The position numbers were made by a program, and so were the translations under genes. A stretch of 64,000 nucleotides of DNA, from NCBI GenBank assembly GCA_903868145.1, contig CAIPTY010000036.1, forward strand, positions 9 through 64,008, written 5' to 3'. The DNA is from an uncultured Desulfuromonadales bacterium (GTDB lineage Bacteria; Desulfobacterota; Desulfuromonadia; Geobacterales; Pseudopelobacteraceae). The notes under the pieces are model-generated. The model did not search any database. It saw only the letters and a list, made by a program, of their open reading frames with translations, and was not told the origin of the DNA. This document shows, piece by piece, positions 38,349-48,262 of the stretch (the stretch's first letter is position 1; each line of letters starts with the position of its first letter).

Positions 38349-38735
38349 ATGGACTTTCCAGAAGAACTGAAATATTCCAGAGAGCATGTGTGGGTAAGGG
38401 TTGAAGGTTCCAGCGCCGTCATCGGAGTTACCGACTTTGCACAGGAAGAGCTTGGAATTATCACCGGTCTGGAACTGCCCGATGAAGGGGATGAGATCGA
38501 GCAGGACGACTCGGTTGGCTCCATCGAGGCTCGAAAAACCGTGGCTGTCGTCTATGCCCCCTTCAGTGGCGCCGTTCTGGCTGTCAATCATGAGGCGCTG
38601 GACAATCCGACACTGATCAACGACGATCCCTACGATGGAGGCTGGCTGGTGGAGGTTGCCCTGGAGGATAGGGAAGAATTGAAAGGTCTGATGTCAGCCG
38701 ATGATTATGCCGATTATGTTGAAAATAGAGATTAA
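38349..38735 (+). CDS. gcvH: Glycine cleavage system H protein / lipoyl carrier
   Basis: It shows YSREHVWVRVEG and SIEARKTV (the lipoyl-Lys region), and ends with DPYDGGWL. Confidence 0.9.
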   Translation: MDFPEELKYSREHVWVRVEGSSAVIGVTDFAQEELGIITGLELPDEGDEIEQDDSVGSIEARKTVAVVYAPFSGAVLAVNHEALDNPTLINDDPYDGGWLVEVALEDREELKGLMSADDYADYVENRD

Positions 38736-38758
38736 ATATAATGGAAAGTGGTATAAGG

Positions 38759-38791
38759 GGGGCGAGCCAGATAATCTCGCCCTGTTTTTTT
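38759..38791 (+). terminator. Rho-independent terminator after gcvH
   Basis: GGGCGAG-CCAGATAAT-CTCGCCC is followed by TGTTTTTTT. Confidence 0.65.
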
Positions 38792-38806
38792 GAAAGGAAG
38801 TTCAAC

Positions 38807-40285
38807 GTGAGAATGATAGTTCTTTCAATAGCATGTCTGCTCTTTTTGTGGCAGAGCGCATCAGCGGCTGATGCGCCGCTGAAGCTTTCGTTGCACGAAG
38901 CAGTTAAAATGAGTGTGGAAAAAAATCTGGATCTGCGGGTCGAGGTTTACAACCCCGCTATTTTTGAGGCGGATATCAATCGAAACAGGTCGATCTATGA
39001 CCCGCTGCTTCTTCTCAACGCCAGCTTTACAGAGTCGAGGACACCGTACGCTCCCACTATTGGCTATGGACAATCTGTCTATCTGGATGGTTCTCTCAGT
39101 CAACTCTTCTGGACAGGTGCGACTGCAACGCTCGCACACAACAACACCTATATTGGCAATGACTCCTGGTCTGCATCCCGTAAGAACTTCTGGCAATCGG
39201 ATCTGGGTGTCACCCTGACCCAACCGCTACTCAGGAATGTCGGGAGAGAGAACACCGAGGTCAATATTCTTGTATCCCGCCTTTCCAAGTTCGCATCCAT
39301 CGAGCATTTGAACACCCGGCTGATCAATACGGTCGCCCTGGTCAGGACCGAGTATTTCAAGCTCTACAGCTTGAGAGAACAGTTGGAGGTAAAGAAGGTA
39401 TCGTTGGAGTTGGCTCGTAAAATTCTCAGCGAGACCAAGGCGCGCGTTGCGGCCGGTGTGTTACCTGCAATGGAGATTCTTAATGCCGAATTCGGCGCAG
39501 TCTCGCGGGAAAAGGATCTAATCGATGCCGAAAAAGCCGTTCGGGATCAGGTTGATGTACTGCGACTGCTGCTTCAGATCGAGAGTCGTGACGATATTCA
39601 GACGGTTGATCTCCCCCGCCGTGATGTATTCGATATTTCTGAAGAAGCCTCGATTAAATTGGCTCAGAATCGCTCCGACATCAAGGAACAAAAACGAAAT
39701 CTCGAAATCAACGAACTGCAGACTCGTGTCTTCAATAATAAAGTCAAGCCGGATCTTTCGCTGGTTGCAAAGGCAGGGGCTGCCAGCCAGGAAAAGACCT
39801 ACTCACGAGACTGGGAAAAACTGGGATCCTTCAATACTCCCTACTGGTCGGTGGGCCTGAACTTCTCGTATCCTTTGGGTAATCGCGCGGCAGAAAATGA
39901 TTACCGCAAGAGCCGCCTCAAAACTGAACAGACAGCTCTCCAGATAAAAAGCCTCGAGGAAAGTGCTGCCAAGGAGGTAAAGGCCGCCATCCGTGCTGTC
40001 ACCTCGGGATATAAGCAGATTGATGTTGCCGATCGGGGACGTGCGTACGGTGAGGAGCGCCTCAAAGCCTTTATGCGCAAGAATGAAGTCGGTTTGGCCA
40101 CCACAAAGGATGTTCTCGATGTGGAGAATGATCTGGTGGCCGCCAAGAACAACCAGATCACGGCGGTCGTCGGGTATGTCAATGCCATTACGCAACTGTG
40201 GCTTATCACGGGGGAGCTGCTGGAGCGTGAAGATGTCCGCATCGTCGAAGGTGATGCGGACAAGCTCTATTCAAATACCCGCTGA
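38807..40285 (+). CDS. TolC-family outer-membrane efflux protein
   Basis: A GTG at 38807 (or ATG at 38813) follows AAAGGAAG, and the upstream part of the track ORF contains the gcvH terminator. It has a signal peptide MIVLSIACLLFLWQSASA and two OEP repeats. Confidence 0.8.
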   Translation: MRMIVLSIACLLFLWQSASAADAPLKLSLHEAVKMSVEKNLDLRVEVYNPAIFEADINRNRSIYDPLLLLNASFTESRTPYAPTIGYGQSVYLDGSLSQLFWTGATATLAHNNTYIGNDSWSASRKNFWQSDLGVTLTQPLLRNVGRENTEVNILVSRLSKFASIEHLNTRLINTVALVRTEYFKLYSLREQLEVKKVSLELARKILSETKARVAAGVLPAMEILNAEFGAVSREKDLIDAEKAVRDQVDVLRLLLQIESRDDIQTVDLPRRDVFDISEEASIKLAQNRSDIKEQKRNLEINELQTRVFNNKVKPDLSLVAKAGAASQEKTYSRDWEKLGSFNTPYWSVGLNFSYPLGNRAAENDYRKSRLKTEQTALQIKSLEESAAKEVKAAIRAVTSGYKQIDVADRGRAYGEERLKAFMRKNEVGLATTKDVLDVENDLVAAKNNQITAVVGYVNAITQLWLITGELLEREDVRIVEGDADKLYSNTR

Positions 40286-41130
40286 TGTTGCGCATCGGGC
40301 GAATAGATTATGCCAACTGCACCCCGATCTTTCACGCGCTTCAGGATCATGCGGCCCCGGGGGACTATCAGTTTATATCCGGCGTTCCATCCCACCTGAA
40401 CTCGATGCTGGCATCCGGCGAGCTGGATGCCTGTCCGTCATCCTCGTTTGAATATGCCGTACACCCCGAGCGATACCGTATCATACCTCAGGTTTCCATC
40501 AGTAGTTGCGGAGCAGTGGCTAGCGTCCTGCTCTTCTCCCGTATCCCTGTTGAAGAACTCGACGGCCATATCGTACTGCTGAGCTCTGAGTCTGCCACCT
40601 CGGTTAATCTGCTGAAGATTCTGCTCGCCAGAAGATACGGACTCTGCTGCACATTCGAGCAGACGAGACTTTCCATTGACGATGCATTAATGAGCGCTCC
40701 CGCTATTCTTCTGATCGGTGACACCGCACTGCGCGCCTCCCTTCAGAGACTCGATGTACACATCTACGATCTGGGAGAAATCTGGCACAGTTGGACCGGA
40801 CTGCCATTCGTGTTTGCCCTGTGGCTCTGTACACGAAGTGCCGTACAGGAACGTCGGGATGAGCTGATACGCCTGTCAGAACGCCTGCAGGTGGCAAAAC
40901 TGGAATCCCGCAGGTACATCGAGGCCCTTGCAGAGTATGCATCGGAAGCTGAATGGCTGGGAAAGCAACGACTCATTGATTATTGGCGGGACAATATTTC
41001 GTACGAGCTCGGTCCGAGCCATCTGGAGGGATTGAAACATTTTTTTCGCGGATGTGCGGAACTGGGGCTTCTGGCTACTGCACCGGAACTGCATTTTTTA
41101 CAGGATGAGCAGTCTGCTGCTTCCTTTTAA
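40285..41130 (+). CDS. mqnA: Chorismate dehydratase (futalosine-pathway MqnA)
   Basis: It begins MLRIGRIDYANCTPIFHAL, has a periplasmic-binding-like fold pattern, and contains LPFVFALW. Confidence 0.75.
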   Translation: MLRIGRIDYANCTPIFHALQDHAAPGDYQFISGVPSHLNSMLASGELDACPSSSFEYAVHPERYRIIPQVSISSCGAVASVLLFSRIPVEELDGHIVLLSSESATSVNLLKILLARRYGLCCTFEQTRLSIDDALMSAPAILLIGDTALRASLQRLDVHIYDLGEIWHSWTGLPFVFALWLCTRSAVQERRDELIRLSERLQVAKLESRRYIEALAEYASEAEWLGKQRLIDYWRDNISYELGPSHLEGLKHFFRGCAELGLLATAPELHFLQDEQSAASF

Positions 41131-41554
41131 GGTAATCTCCCAGAATGGCCGCGTGATCGAAACAGAGTTCTCCGGGCACCGCCTCAATGGGAAAGACGGC
41201 AAGGTTGGATGCGTCATCGGCAGCCTGAGGTGTACCGCTCCCCTCTGCGACGAAGACTGTTGAAATTGTGTGCATCCGGGAGTCCCTGCAAGGCTCGGAA
41301 TAACACCCCAACAGACTCAAATGACTGATGTCAAGCCGCGTCTCTTCCCGCGCCTCACGAATCGCCGCATGTTCCAGAGTCTCGCCATAATCCACAAACC
41401 CGCCGGGCAATGCCCAGCCAAAGGGCGGGTTTCTGCGCTCAATCAGAACGATGCCCCCCTGTATCTCAATAATGATGTCAACAGTGGGTACGGGATTCCT
41501 GTAGTTTTTAACGGGTGCACCGCATTCCGGGCAATTAAGAACATTATACGACAT
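41075..41554 (-). CDS. NUDIX hydrolase with an N-terminal zinc ribbon
   Basis: The ATG at 41554 follows GGAGGAG. The zinc ribbon is CPECGAPV. The Nudix box is GGFVDYGETLEHAAIREAREETRL. Confidence 0.8.
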   Translation of the reverse strand: MSYNVLNCPECGAPVKNYRNPVPTVDIIIEIQGGIVLIERRNPPFGWALPGGFVDYGETLEHAAIREAREETRLDISHLSLLGCYSEPCRDSRMHTISTVFVAEGSGTPQAADDASNLAVFPIEAVPGELCFDHAAILGDYLKRKQQTAHPVKNAVPVQ

Positions 41555-41569
41555 GACTCCTCCAGGCAC

Positions 41570-41593
41570 AAAAAAAGGGGGACACAATCCCCC
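41570..41593 (-). terminator. Rho-independent terminator after the PxxKW gene
   Basis: The minus strand reads GGGGGA-TTGTG-TCCCCC followed by TTTTTTT. It lies between the stop at 41619 and the NUDIX start. Confidence 0.5.
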
Positions 41594-41618
41594 TTTCCGT
41601 AACCAGCATGCTTGGCTG

Positions 41619-41912
41619 CTACTTCTTCTTGCTACCGCCCGAGGCCTTCTTGGATGCCTTCAGCGGGTTGACTTTTGCGTCATCAACCTTGAGCTCGATC
41701 TTGACATGGGTAGCAAAGTTGCAAATGCCGCTGAGCCACTTCTTGGCAGGCGCCGGATAGGCGCTACAAACCTGACCGATGGTGCCCGTCACGACCCGCT
41801 CGCATCCTTCGCAGTTTTCTGCTATCGTCTGGCAGGAGCCATCCGGAAAAATGCACCCCTGTTTGCCCCATAAAGTACACTCGGTACCTGGAAGTACTGT
41901 CTGACACTGCAT
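41619..41912 (-). CDS. PxxKW-family Cys-rich small protein
   Basis: The 97-aa protein has 10 Cys, the motif YPAPAKKW (PxxKW) and a Lys-rich tail. The family name is recalled from NCBI annotation of deltaproteobacteria. Confidence 0.6.
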   Translation of the reverse strand: MQCQTVLPGTECTLWGKQGCIFPDGSCQTIAENCEGCERVVTGTIGQVCSAYPAPAKKWLSGICNFATHVKIELKVDDAKVNPLKASKKASGGSKKK

Positions 41913-42082
41913 GCTTCTTCCTCCTGAATTTGTTCTGAATTGATTTATGACTGTAACAAGTATGGATTAAAAATGTCAACAGGAAAAATCCTGTATATAA
42001 AGCGGCTCTTTGGCTTGACTGGTGAGTAATGGTGTATTATTGTAACAGGACTAAAGCTATCTTTTAATACGAGTGGGGGTAT

Positions 42083-43504
42083 GTGATGACACGAATTGCA
42101 TTCGGAACATCCGGCTGGCGGGGGATACTGTGTGAAGATTTCACCTTTGACAACGTCAAGGTTGTGATTCAGGCCATAGCAGATAATCTTACCGCGGCTG
42201 GCGAACATCATAAAGGAGTGGTCATCGGTTGCGACACACGATTTATGGGCCAGCGTTTTGCCCAGGAGGCTGCACAGGTTTTTGCCGGTGCCGGCATCAA
42301 ATCCTACCTGTGTGACAGGGACACCCCGACGCCGGTCATCTCTTTCGAGATTTTGCGCCGTGGCGCCGCAGGTGCCGTCAATTTTACCGCCAGCCATAAT
42401 CCGCCCGAATACAACGGCGTCAAATTTTCTCCATCCTGGGGGGGGCCGGCACTGCCGGAAACAACCAGCGATATCGAGCGCCGCGCCAATCAAATGCTGG
42501 GGGAGATCTGTCATAAAGAGGTCCAGCTGGACGTCGCACTGAAAAACGGTCTGATTGAACGCATCGACCCAGGCCCGGCCTATCTGGAAGATCTGGAAAC
42601 CAAGATCGATTTTGATGCCATCAAGGCAATTGGAAAACTGGGCGTTGACACGCTCTACGGAACGGGTCGCGGCTACCTGGATGCGCCACTGCGCACACAC
42701 GGGATTCCCTTCACGATCATCAACGATAATCCCGATCCCTACTTCGGTGGCCATCCCCCCGAGCCGGCGGAAAAGCATATCCCCGACTTCATTTCACTTG
42801 TAAAGGGCGACCCGGCAATCCGGCTTGGCATCGCCACCGACGGAGACGCCGACCGCTTCGGTATTCTGGATGCCGATGGCAGCTATATCGAGCCGAACTA
42901 TATCATCGCCCTGTTGCTGGATTACCTGATTCGTGTACGCAAGATGCAGGGGGGGGTTGCCCGCAGTGTCGCAACATCGCATCTGATTGATGCAGTGGCA
43001 AAAAAGCATGGAGTGCCTGTTTTTGAGACACCGGTCGGCTTCAAGTATATCGGCGAACTGATCAGTCAGGACAGGATTGTTATCGGAGGAGAAGAAAGCG
43101 CCGGCCTGACCATTCGCGGCCATGTACCCGAAAAAGACGGTATCCTGGCCTGCTTCCTGGTTGCCGAAATGGTAGCCAGGGAAGGCAAGACGGTACGGGA
43201 ATTGCTGGAGAGGTTGTACGGCGAAGTGGGCAGGGTTGTGACCATGCGGGATAATTTGAAGCTTTCACCTGAATTGGAAGCCATCTATGCCGACAAGGTG
43301 AATGCAGTTCCTGCTGAAGTTGCCGGATCGAAAGTCAGGGAGGTTATCAGGATTGACGGAACCAAGTTATTGCTCGATGACGGAAGCTGGATGCTGTTCC
43401 GCAAGTCGGGAACAGAGCCGGTGGTGAGACTGTATGGAGAGGCGGGCAACGATGCGCGCCTGGCTGAAGTCATGGCCGCCGGGCGTAAGTTCATTCTCAA
43501 CTAA
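42083..43504 (+). CDS. Phosphoglucomutase/phosphomannomutase family protein
   Basis: It shows FGTSGWRG, the active-site Ser loop FTASHNPPEYNG, and the Mg site ATDGDADR. Confidence 0.85.
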   Translation: MMTRIAFGTSGWRGILCEDFTFDNVKVVIQAIADNLTAAGEHHKGVVIGCDTRFMGQRFAQEAAQVFAGAGIKSYLCDRDTPTPVISFEILRRGAAGAVNFTASHNPPEYNGVKFSPSWGGPALPETTSDIERRANQMLGEICHKEVQLDVALKNGLIERIDPGPAYLEDLETKIDFDAIKAIGKLGVDTLYGTGRGYLDAPLRTHGIPFTIINDNPDPYFGGHPPEPAEKHIPDFISLVKGDPAIRLGIATDGDADRFGILDADGSYIEPNYIIALLLDYLIRVRKMQGGVARSVATSHLIDAVAKKHGVPVFETPVGFKYIGELISQDRIVIGGEESAGLTIRGHVPEKDGILACFLVAEMVAREGKTVRELLERLYGEVGRVVTMRDNLKLSPELEAIYADKVNAVPAEVAGSKVREVIRIDGTKLLLDDGSWMLFRKSGTEPVVRLYGEAGNDARLAEVMAAGRKFILN

Positions 43505-43526
43505 AATATCTGGAGGTTTATACATC

Positions 43527-44399
43527 ATGTGGGATTACACACCAATTGTTAAGGATCATTTCCTCAACCCCCGTAACGTGGGAGACATTCCTGATGCGGA
43601 TGCAGTCGGCGAGGTGGGCAGCCTGGCTTGCGGCGATGCGCTCAAACTCTACCTTAAACTGGACGCGGACAAGGACAGGATAGTTGACGCAAAATTTCAG
43701 ACCTTCGGCTGCGCCAGCGCCATTGCTTCGTCATCTGCCTTGACCGAGATGGTCAAGGGCAAGAACCTGGATGAAGCACTGGCTATCAGCAACCAGGACA
43801 TCGCCGATTTTCTGGGCGGCCTGCCCGAGGAGAAGATGCACTGCTCGGTCATGGGTCAGGAGGCGCTGGAGGTGGCGATATTCAAATATCGCGGAATGGA
43901 CATCCCTGCCCATGACAGCGAGCATGACCACGGACACGCCTATCCCGACTATGAAGGCGAAATAGTCTGCAAATGTTTCGGGATCACGGATACGTTTCTC
44001 AAGAAAGTAATTGAAACCAACAGCCTGACGACCGCCGAACAGGTGACAAATTTTACCAAGGCGGGTGGTGCCTGTGGCGGTTGCATCCCCAAAATAAAGG
44101 AACTGATTGCCCAGGTGCTCGGCGAAGCCGCTGCAAAACCGCGCACACGCCCGGAGAAACTCTCGAATATGAAAAAGATGCAGTTGATTCAGGAGGTTCT
44201 GGAGCGTGACGTTCGTCCGCTGTTGTGGGCGGATGGCGGCGATCTTGAGTTGATTGATATTGACGGATCGAGGGTACAGGTGGCCTTTCGCAAGGCATGC
44301 GCCGGTTGTGCTTCATCCGGCAATACCGCCCGCATGGTCGAGATCAAGCTGCGCGACCTGGTAGCGGAAGATATTGTGGTTGAGGAGGTCTCGGCATGA
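43527..44399 (+). CDS. nifU: Fe-S cluster assembly scaffold NifU (IscU-like N-domain, BFD-like 2Fe-2S centre, NifU C-domain)
   Basis: The ATG at 43527 follows GGAGG. The motifs are GSLACGDA, FGCASAIASS, CKCFGITD and CAGCASS. Confidence 0.85.
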   Translation: MWDYTPIVKDHFLNPRNVGDIPDADAVGEVGSLACGDALKLYLKLDADKDRIVDAKFQTFGCASAIASSSALTEMVKGKNLDEALAISNQDIADFLGGLPEEKMHCSVMGQEALEVAIFKYRGMDIPAHDSEHDHGHAYPDYEGEIVCKCFGITDTFLKKVIETNSLTTAEQVTNFTKAGGACGGCIPKIKELIAQVLGEAAAKPRTRPEKLSNMKKMQLIQEVLERDVRPLLWADGGDLELIDIDGSRVQVAFRKACAGCASSGNTARMVEIKLRDLVAEDIVVEEVSA

Positions 44400-45571
44400 A
44401 AGAGATCTATCTTGACAACAACGCTACCACCAAGGTCGACGAAGCGGTCTTTGAAGAGATGCGCCCCTACTTTTGTGAACTGTACGGCAATCCCAGTTCG
44501 ATGCATTTTTTCGGCGGCCAGGTCCAGAGCAAGGTGAACGAGGCCAGAAACAGGGTCGCTGATCTTCTGGGGGCCTCACCTGACGAGATCATCTTCACGG
44601 CCTGTGGCACTGAAAGCGACAACGCCGCCATTCGATCGGCGCTGGATGTGTTTCCCGACCGGCGGCACGTCATAACAAGTCGCGTGGAACATCCTGCCGT
44701 CCTGACACAGTGCCGTAATCTGCGCCAGAAAGGCTACCGGGTTACGGAGATCGGCGTGGACGGGGCCGGGCGTCTGGATATGGAAGAGCTAAAGGGAGCT
44801 GTAGATGATGACACTGCCATTGTGTCCCTGATGTGGGCCAACAACGAGACCGGTGTAATTTTCCCGGTGGAGGAGGCGGCAGGCATTGCCAAGGCCAAGG
44901 GTGCCCTCTTTCACAGCGATGCCGTGCAGGCCATCGGCAAGATACCGATCAACATGGCCGCTTCGGGTATCGACATGCTGTCACTTTCCGGTCACAAGCT
45001 GCACGCCCCCAAGGGAATCGGCGTACTGTACCTCCGCAAGGGGACACCGTTCAGGCCACTGCTGGTTGGGGGGCATCAGGAAAAGAGCCGTCGGGCCGGC
45101 ACCGAGAACGCCGCCGCCATCATCGCGCTGGGCAAAGCCTGTGAGTTGGCGGGTCTGCATATGGTTGCCGAAAACACCACCGTCAAGGCGCAGCGCGACC
45201 TGCTGCAGGACACCCTGATGAGGGCGATCCCCCACGCCCGCATAAACGGCGGCGGAGCCGAGCGGCTGCCCAATACCACCTCGATCGCCTTTGAGTACGT
45301 TGAAGGTGAGGCCATCCTGCTGCTCCTTTCGGAGTTTGGTATCTGCGCTTCTTCAGGCAGCGCCTGCACCTCGGGGTCGCTGGAACCCTCCCATGTCCTG
45401 CGCGCCATGGGTGTACCCTTCACCTGCGCCCACGGTTCGATCCGTTTTTCGCTCTCGCGCTACACCACCGATGCGGAGATAGACACGGTTATCCGCGAGC
45501 TACCCCCCATCATAGCCCGTCTGCGGTTGATGTCACCATTCGGCCGCGAACATCTGCAGGGGCAGAAGTAG
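44396..45571 (+). CDS. nifS: Cysteine desulfurase NifS
   Basis: It begins MKEIYLDNNATT, has the PLP-Lys in SLSGHKLHAPKG, and the active Cys in SSGSACTSG. It overlaps the nifU stop. Confidence 0.9.
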   Translation: MKEIYLDNNATTKVDEAVFEEMRPYFCELYGNPSSMHFFGGQVQSKVNEARNRVADLLGASPDEIIFTACGTESDNAAIRSALDVFPDRRHVITSRVEHPAVLTQCRNLRQKGYRVTEIGVDGAGRLDMEELKGAVDDDTAIVSLMWANNETGVIFPVEEAAGIAKAKGALFHSDAVQAIGKIPINMAASGIDMLSLSGHKLHAPKGIGVLYLRKGTPFRPLLVGGHQEKSRRAGTENAAAIIALGKACELAGLHMVAENTTVKAQRDLLQDTLMRAIPHARINGGGAERLPNTTSIAFEYVEGEAILLLLSEFGICASSGSACTSGSLEPSHVLRAMGVPFTCAHGSIRFSLSRYTTDAEIDTVIRELPPIIARLRLMSPFGREHLQGQK

Positions 45572-45597
45572 ATGATGTAACGTTTTTGGGCTCTTTC

Positions 45598-45627
45598 AGG
45601 GCGACCTTCGGGTCGCCCTTTGTTTTT
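45598..45627 (+). terminator. Rho-independent terminator after nifS
   Basis: AGGGCGACC-TTCG-GGTCGCCCT is followed by TTGTTTTT. Confidence 0.7.
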
Positions 45628-45690
45628 GCTGGAGAATTGTGTAAATTGAGTTAAAATGTCCTCGAATCGGATACTAAAGGAGTGACACTC

Positions 45691-47001
45691 ATGGAAATAA
45701 AAGTCCCGGAAGTAGGAGAATCGGTTCGTGAAGCGCTGCTGGCCAAATGGTTCAGACAGGACGGCGCAACGGTAACAAAGGATGAGCCGCTGTGCGAAAT
45801 CGAGACGGACAAGATCACACTCGATATTCCCGCCGATGCCTCCGGTACTCTTACGATAACGGTGACAGAGGGTACAACCGTCAGGATTGGAGCCGTAGTC
45901 GGAACGATTTCCGAACAGGATGTCCAGCCACCCCAATCCATAACTGCAGCAGCTTCCGCCGAATCGCCTCCCATGCGCGACAGCGGAATAGCCCCTTCAG
46001 CAACATCTCCTTCAGTTCGGAGCACACTGCGTGAGCAGGGGATTGATCCCGCTTCCATAACCGGAACAGGCAAAAACGGTCGCATAACCAACAACGATCT
46101 GTCGCAGCAGAAAGAGGTCAAGGGGAGCCAGGCTTCGGTTTCTCAGACAGACACCGCCCAGCCTATCCCTCAAGCGCCGTCGAGCCCGGTGTTGTATCCA
46201 TCTCGGACGAGCGATTCAGCTGAGCATGCAGCTACACTCACCCCTGCTGACACCATTGCCGTTTCCTCCATACGTACGGAAGATCCGCCGCTGTATACAT
46301 CTTCACGTGAAGATCGAAAAAAAATGTCGCCGATCCGCAAGCGAATCTCCGAGCGTTTGCTGGCCGCCCGCCAACAGACCGCCATGCTGACAACCTTCAA
46401 CGAGGCCGATCTGAGCCATGTCAAGGCCTTGCGCGAAAGGTACCGGGAGCATTTTAAAAGTCGCCACGGTATTGGCCTGGGTTTCATGTCTTTCTTTGTC
46501 AGAGCCTGCTGCGAGGCACTCAAGGAGTTTCCGGCGGTGAATTCCCGCATCGATGGCGATGACCTCGTGTATCACAAATATTTCGATATCGGCGTCGCCA
46601 TAGGCGCTGAGAAGGGGTTGGTGGTCCCGGTACTGCGCAACGCAGACAGGATGAGGCTGCATGAGATTGAACAGGTCATCGCGGACTTTTCCGAAAAGAT
46701 TCGGACAAACCGGCTGGCAATCAGCGATCTTGAGGGCGGCACCTTCAGCATATCCAACGGCGGCGTGTACGGATCGATGCTCTCTACTCCCATCCTGAAC
46801 CCACCGCAAAGCGGCGTACTCGGTATGCATGCCATCCAGGATCGGGCAGTTGTCCGGGATGGCCAGATTGTTATTCGCCCAATGATGTACCTGGCTCTCT
46901 CATACGATCACCGCATCGTTGACGGTCGTGAGGCTGTCGGTTTTCTGAAGAAGGTTAAGGAGTTTATCGAAGAACCGGAAGAACTTCTGCTGGAGAGCTG
47001 A
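45691..47001 (+). CDS. 2-oxoacid dehydrogenase E2 component (dihydrolipoamide acyl/succinyltransferase)
   Basis: The lipoyl domain motif is CEIETDKITLDI. The E3-binding domain is PSVRSTLREQGIDPASITGTGKNGRIT. The catalytic motif is LSYDHRIVDGREA. Confidence 0.85.
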   Translation: MEIKVPEVGESVREALLAKWFRQDGATVTKDEPLCEIETDKITLDIPADASGTLTITVTEGTTVRIGAVVGTISEQDVQPPQSITAAASAESPPMRDSGIAPSATSPSVRSTLREQGIDPASITGTGKNGRITNNDLSQQKEVKGSQASVSQTDTAQPIPQAPSSPVLYPSRTSDSAEHAATLTPADTIAVSSIRTEDPPLYTSSREDRKKMSPIRKRISERLLAARQQTAMLTTFNEADLSHVKALRERYREHFKSRHGIGLGFMSFFVRACCEALKEFPAVNSRIDGDDLVYHKYFDIGVAIGAEKGLVVPVLRNADRMRLHEIEQVIADFSEKIRTNRLAISDLEGGTFSISNGGVYGSMLSTPILNPPQSGVLGMHAIQDRAVVRDGQIVIRPMMYLALSYDHRIVDGREAVGFLKKVKEFIEEPEELLLES

Positions 47002-47011
47002 GGAAACTGTT

Positions 47012-48202
47012 TTGAACCTGCTACGGCACATATCCATTCTCATGATCCTCCTCCTGATTCCGCTTTCTGTATCTGCCGGAATCATCGAAGGCCGTCATGC
47101 CTATCGTAAAGGTGATTTTGCGGCTGCCAGGCATGAGTTTGAATCAGATCTGCATGCGGGAGCGACAGGAAACTATTTTCTGGCAATGATGTATCTGCGT
47201 GGCGAGGGTCTTGCGAGAGATGATGTCCGCGGTCTTGGCCTTTTGAAAATATCTGCCGATCAGGGATATGCCGCTGCCCGGTATCATCTGGGAAAGCTGC
47301 ATCTATACGGACATGGGGTAAAGAAGAACAGATCTCTGGCTCTGTCGCTTCTGCACTCTGCCGCAACCGATGATGATTACCGGGCGGTAGTATTGCTAAA
47401 AATTATTAGAAATGGAAGCCGCGGTGAGCGTAAAGATCAGGAGCAGGTTGTAGCCGGCGTCAGGCAGAAAGCACACGCCGGCAAACCCGTCGCCCAGCTT
47501 ACGCTTGCATTCATGCATCTGGTGGGCGATGGAGTTGCGAAGGACAGAAATCAGGAACTGCGGTGGTACAAGGCGGCATCCCTAAAAAATGCCCGGGCGG
47601 GATTCATGCTTGCCCTGATGTATTATTTTGGTGACGGGGTCCCACAGAATCCGGTCGAGGCAGTCCGGATCATGCGGCTGGCCGCCGAAAGAGGCGATTA
47701 CCGAGCCCAGTATTATCTGGGAACATTTTATTATCATGGCGTTGTGGCTCAGATGAACCGGCAGTCAGCCGCCGCCTGGTTCAAAAAATCGGCCGAGGCG
47801 GGATATGCGGAAGCACAACTGGTGTATGGTATGGTACTGCTCTCCGGCGATGGTGTCGGCCAGGACAGGGGGCTGGCAATCGAATGGCTCGGCAAAGCGG
47901 CTCGCCAGGATAACAGCAGGGCAAAAGAGGTCATAGGAGAGCTGTTGACCTATCGAGGGCGGCCGCACAGTACAACACCGGTCGATCCCCTTGCCGTAAG
48001 GCAATCGGATGCGACACAGTCCGACAGCCAATTGCGCCTGGAAGGCAAGGGGCTGATACTCGATCAGGGGGAGTATGGCCTCAAGTTCTCCCTGCCTAAC
48101 ATTTACGACGCCTACGCCCCTCAAAGCAAGTTGCAATCCCGCACGGTACTGGAGAAGCTGCAGGGTGCAACGTTTGAAATTATTTTTCGCACGCCGGATT
48201 AA
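47012..48202 (+). CDS. Sel1-repeat (SLR) protein with a signal peptide
   Basis: It has a TTG start and the signal peptide MNLLRHISILMILLLIPLSVSAG. Repeated motifs of the type A..WY.KAA.QG...AQ..LG..Y..G.GV are present. Confidence 0.8.
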   Translation: MNLLRHISILMILLLIPLSVSAGIIEGRHAYRKGDFAAARHEFESDLHAGATGNYFLAMMYLRGEGLARDDVRGLGLLKISADQGYAAARYHLGKLHLYGHGVKKNRSLALSLLHSAATDDDYRAVVLLKIIRNGSRGERKDQEQVVAGVRQKAHAGKPVAQLTLAFMHLVGDGVAKDRNQELRWYKAASLKNARAGFMLALMYYFGDGVPQNPVEAVRIMRLAAERGDYRAQYYLGTFYYHGVVAQMNRQSAAAWFKKSAEAGYAEAQLVYGMVLLSGDGVGQDRGLAIEWLGKAARQDNSRAKEVIGELLTYRGRPHSTTPVDPLAVRQSDATQSDSQLRLEGKGLILDQGEYGLKFSLPNIYDAYAPQSKLQSRTVLEKLQGATFEIIFRTPD

Positions 48203-48262
48203 CCTGATGGCGTCTGAAGGTACAGAAGTAATGATCCGTAAAGAAACCCGGAGGAACGTGTA

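Noticed and set aside
36893-38524. A 543-aa ORF on the minus strand.
   Set aside because: It is antisense to accC and gcvH, which have unmistakable motifs. Its translation has no domain signature. It is a long open antisense frame of the kind common in GC-rich coding DNA.
38741-38806. An upstream extension of the TolC-like ORF (MESGIRGASQIISPCFFERKFN).
   Set aside because: The extension contains the gcvH rho-independent terminator. The real start is at GTG 38807 or ATG 38813, after AAAGGAAG.
41945-42778. A 277-aa ORF on the minus strand.
   Set aside because: It is antisense to the phosphoglucomutase-family gene, whose active-site motifs are clear.
43434-43526. An upstream extension of the NifU ORF that overlaps the pgm 3' end.
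   Set aside because: There is no RBS. The ATG at 43527 follows GGAGG and gives the canonical NifU N-terminus.
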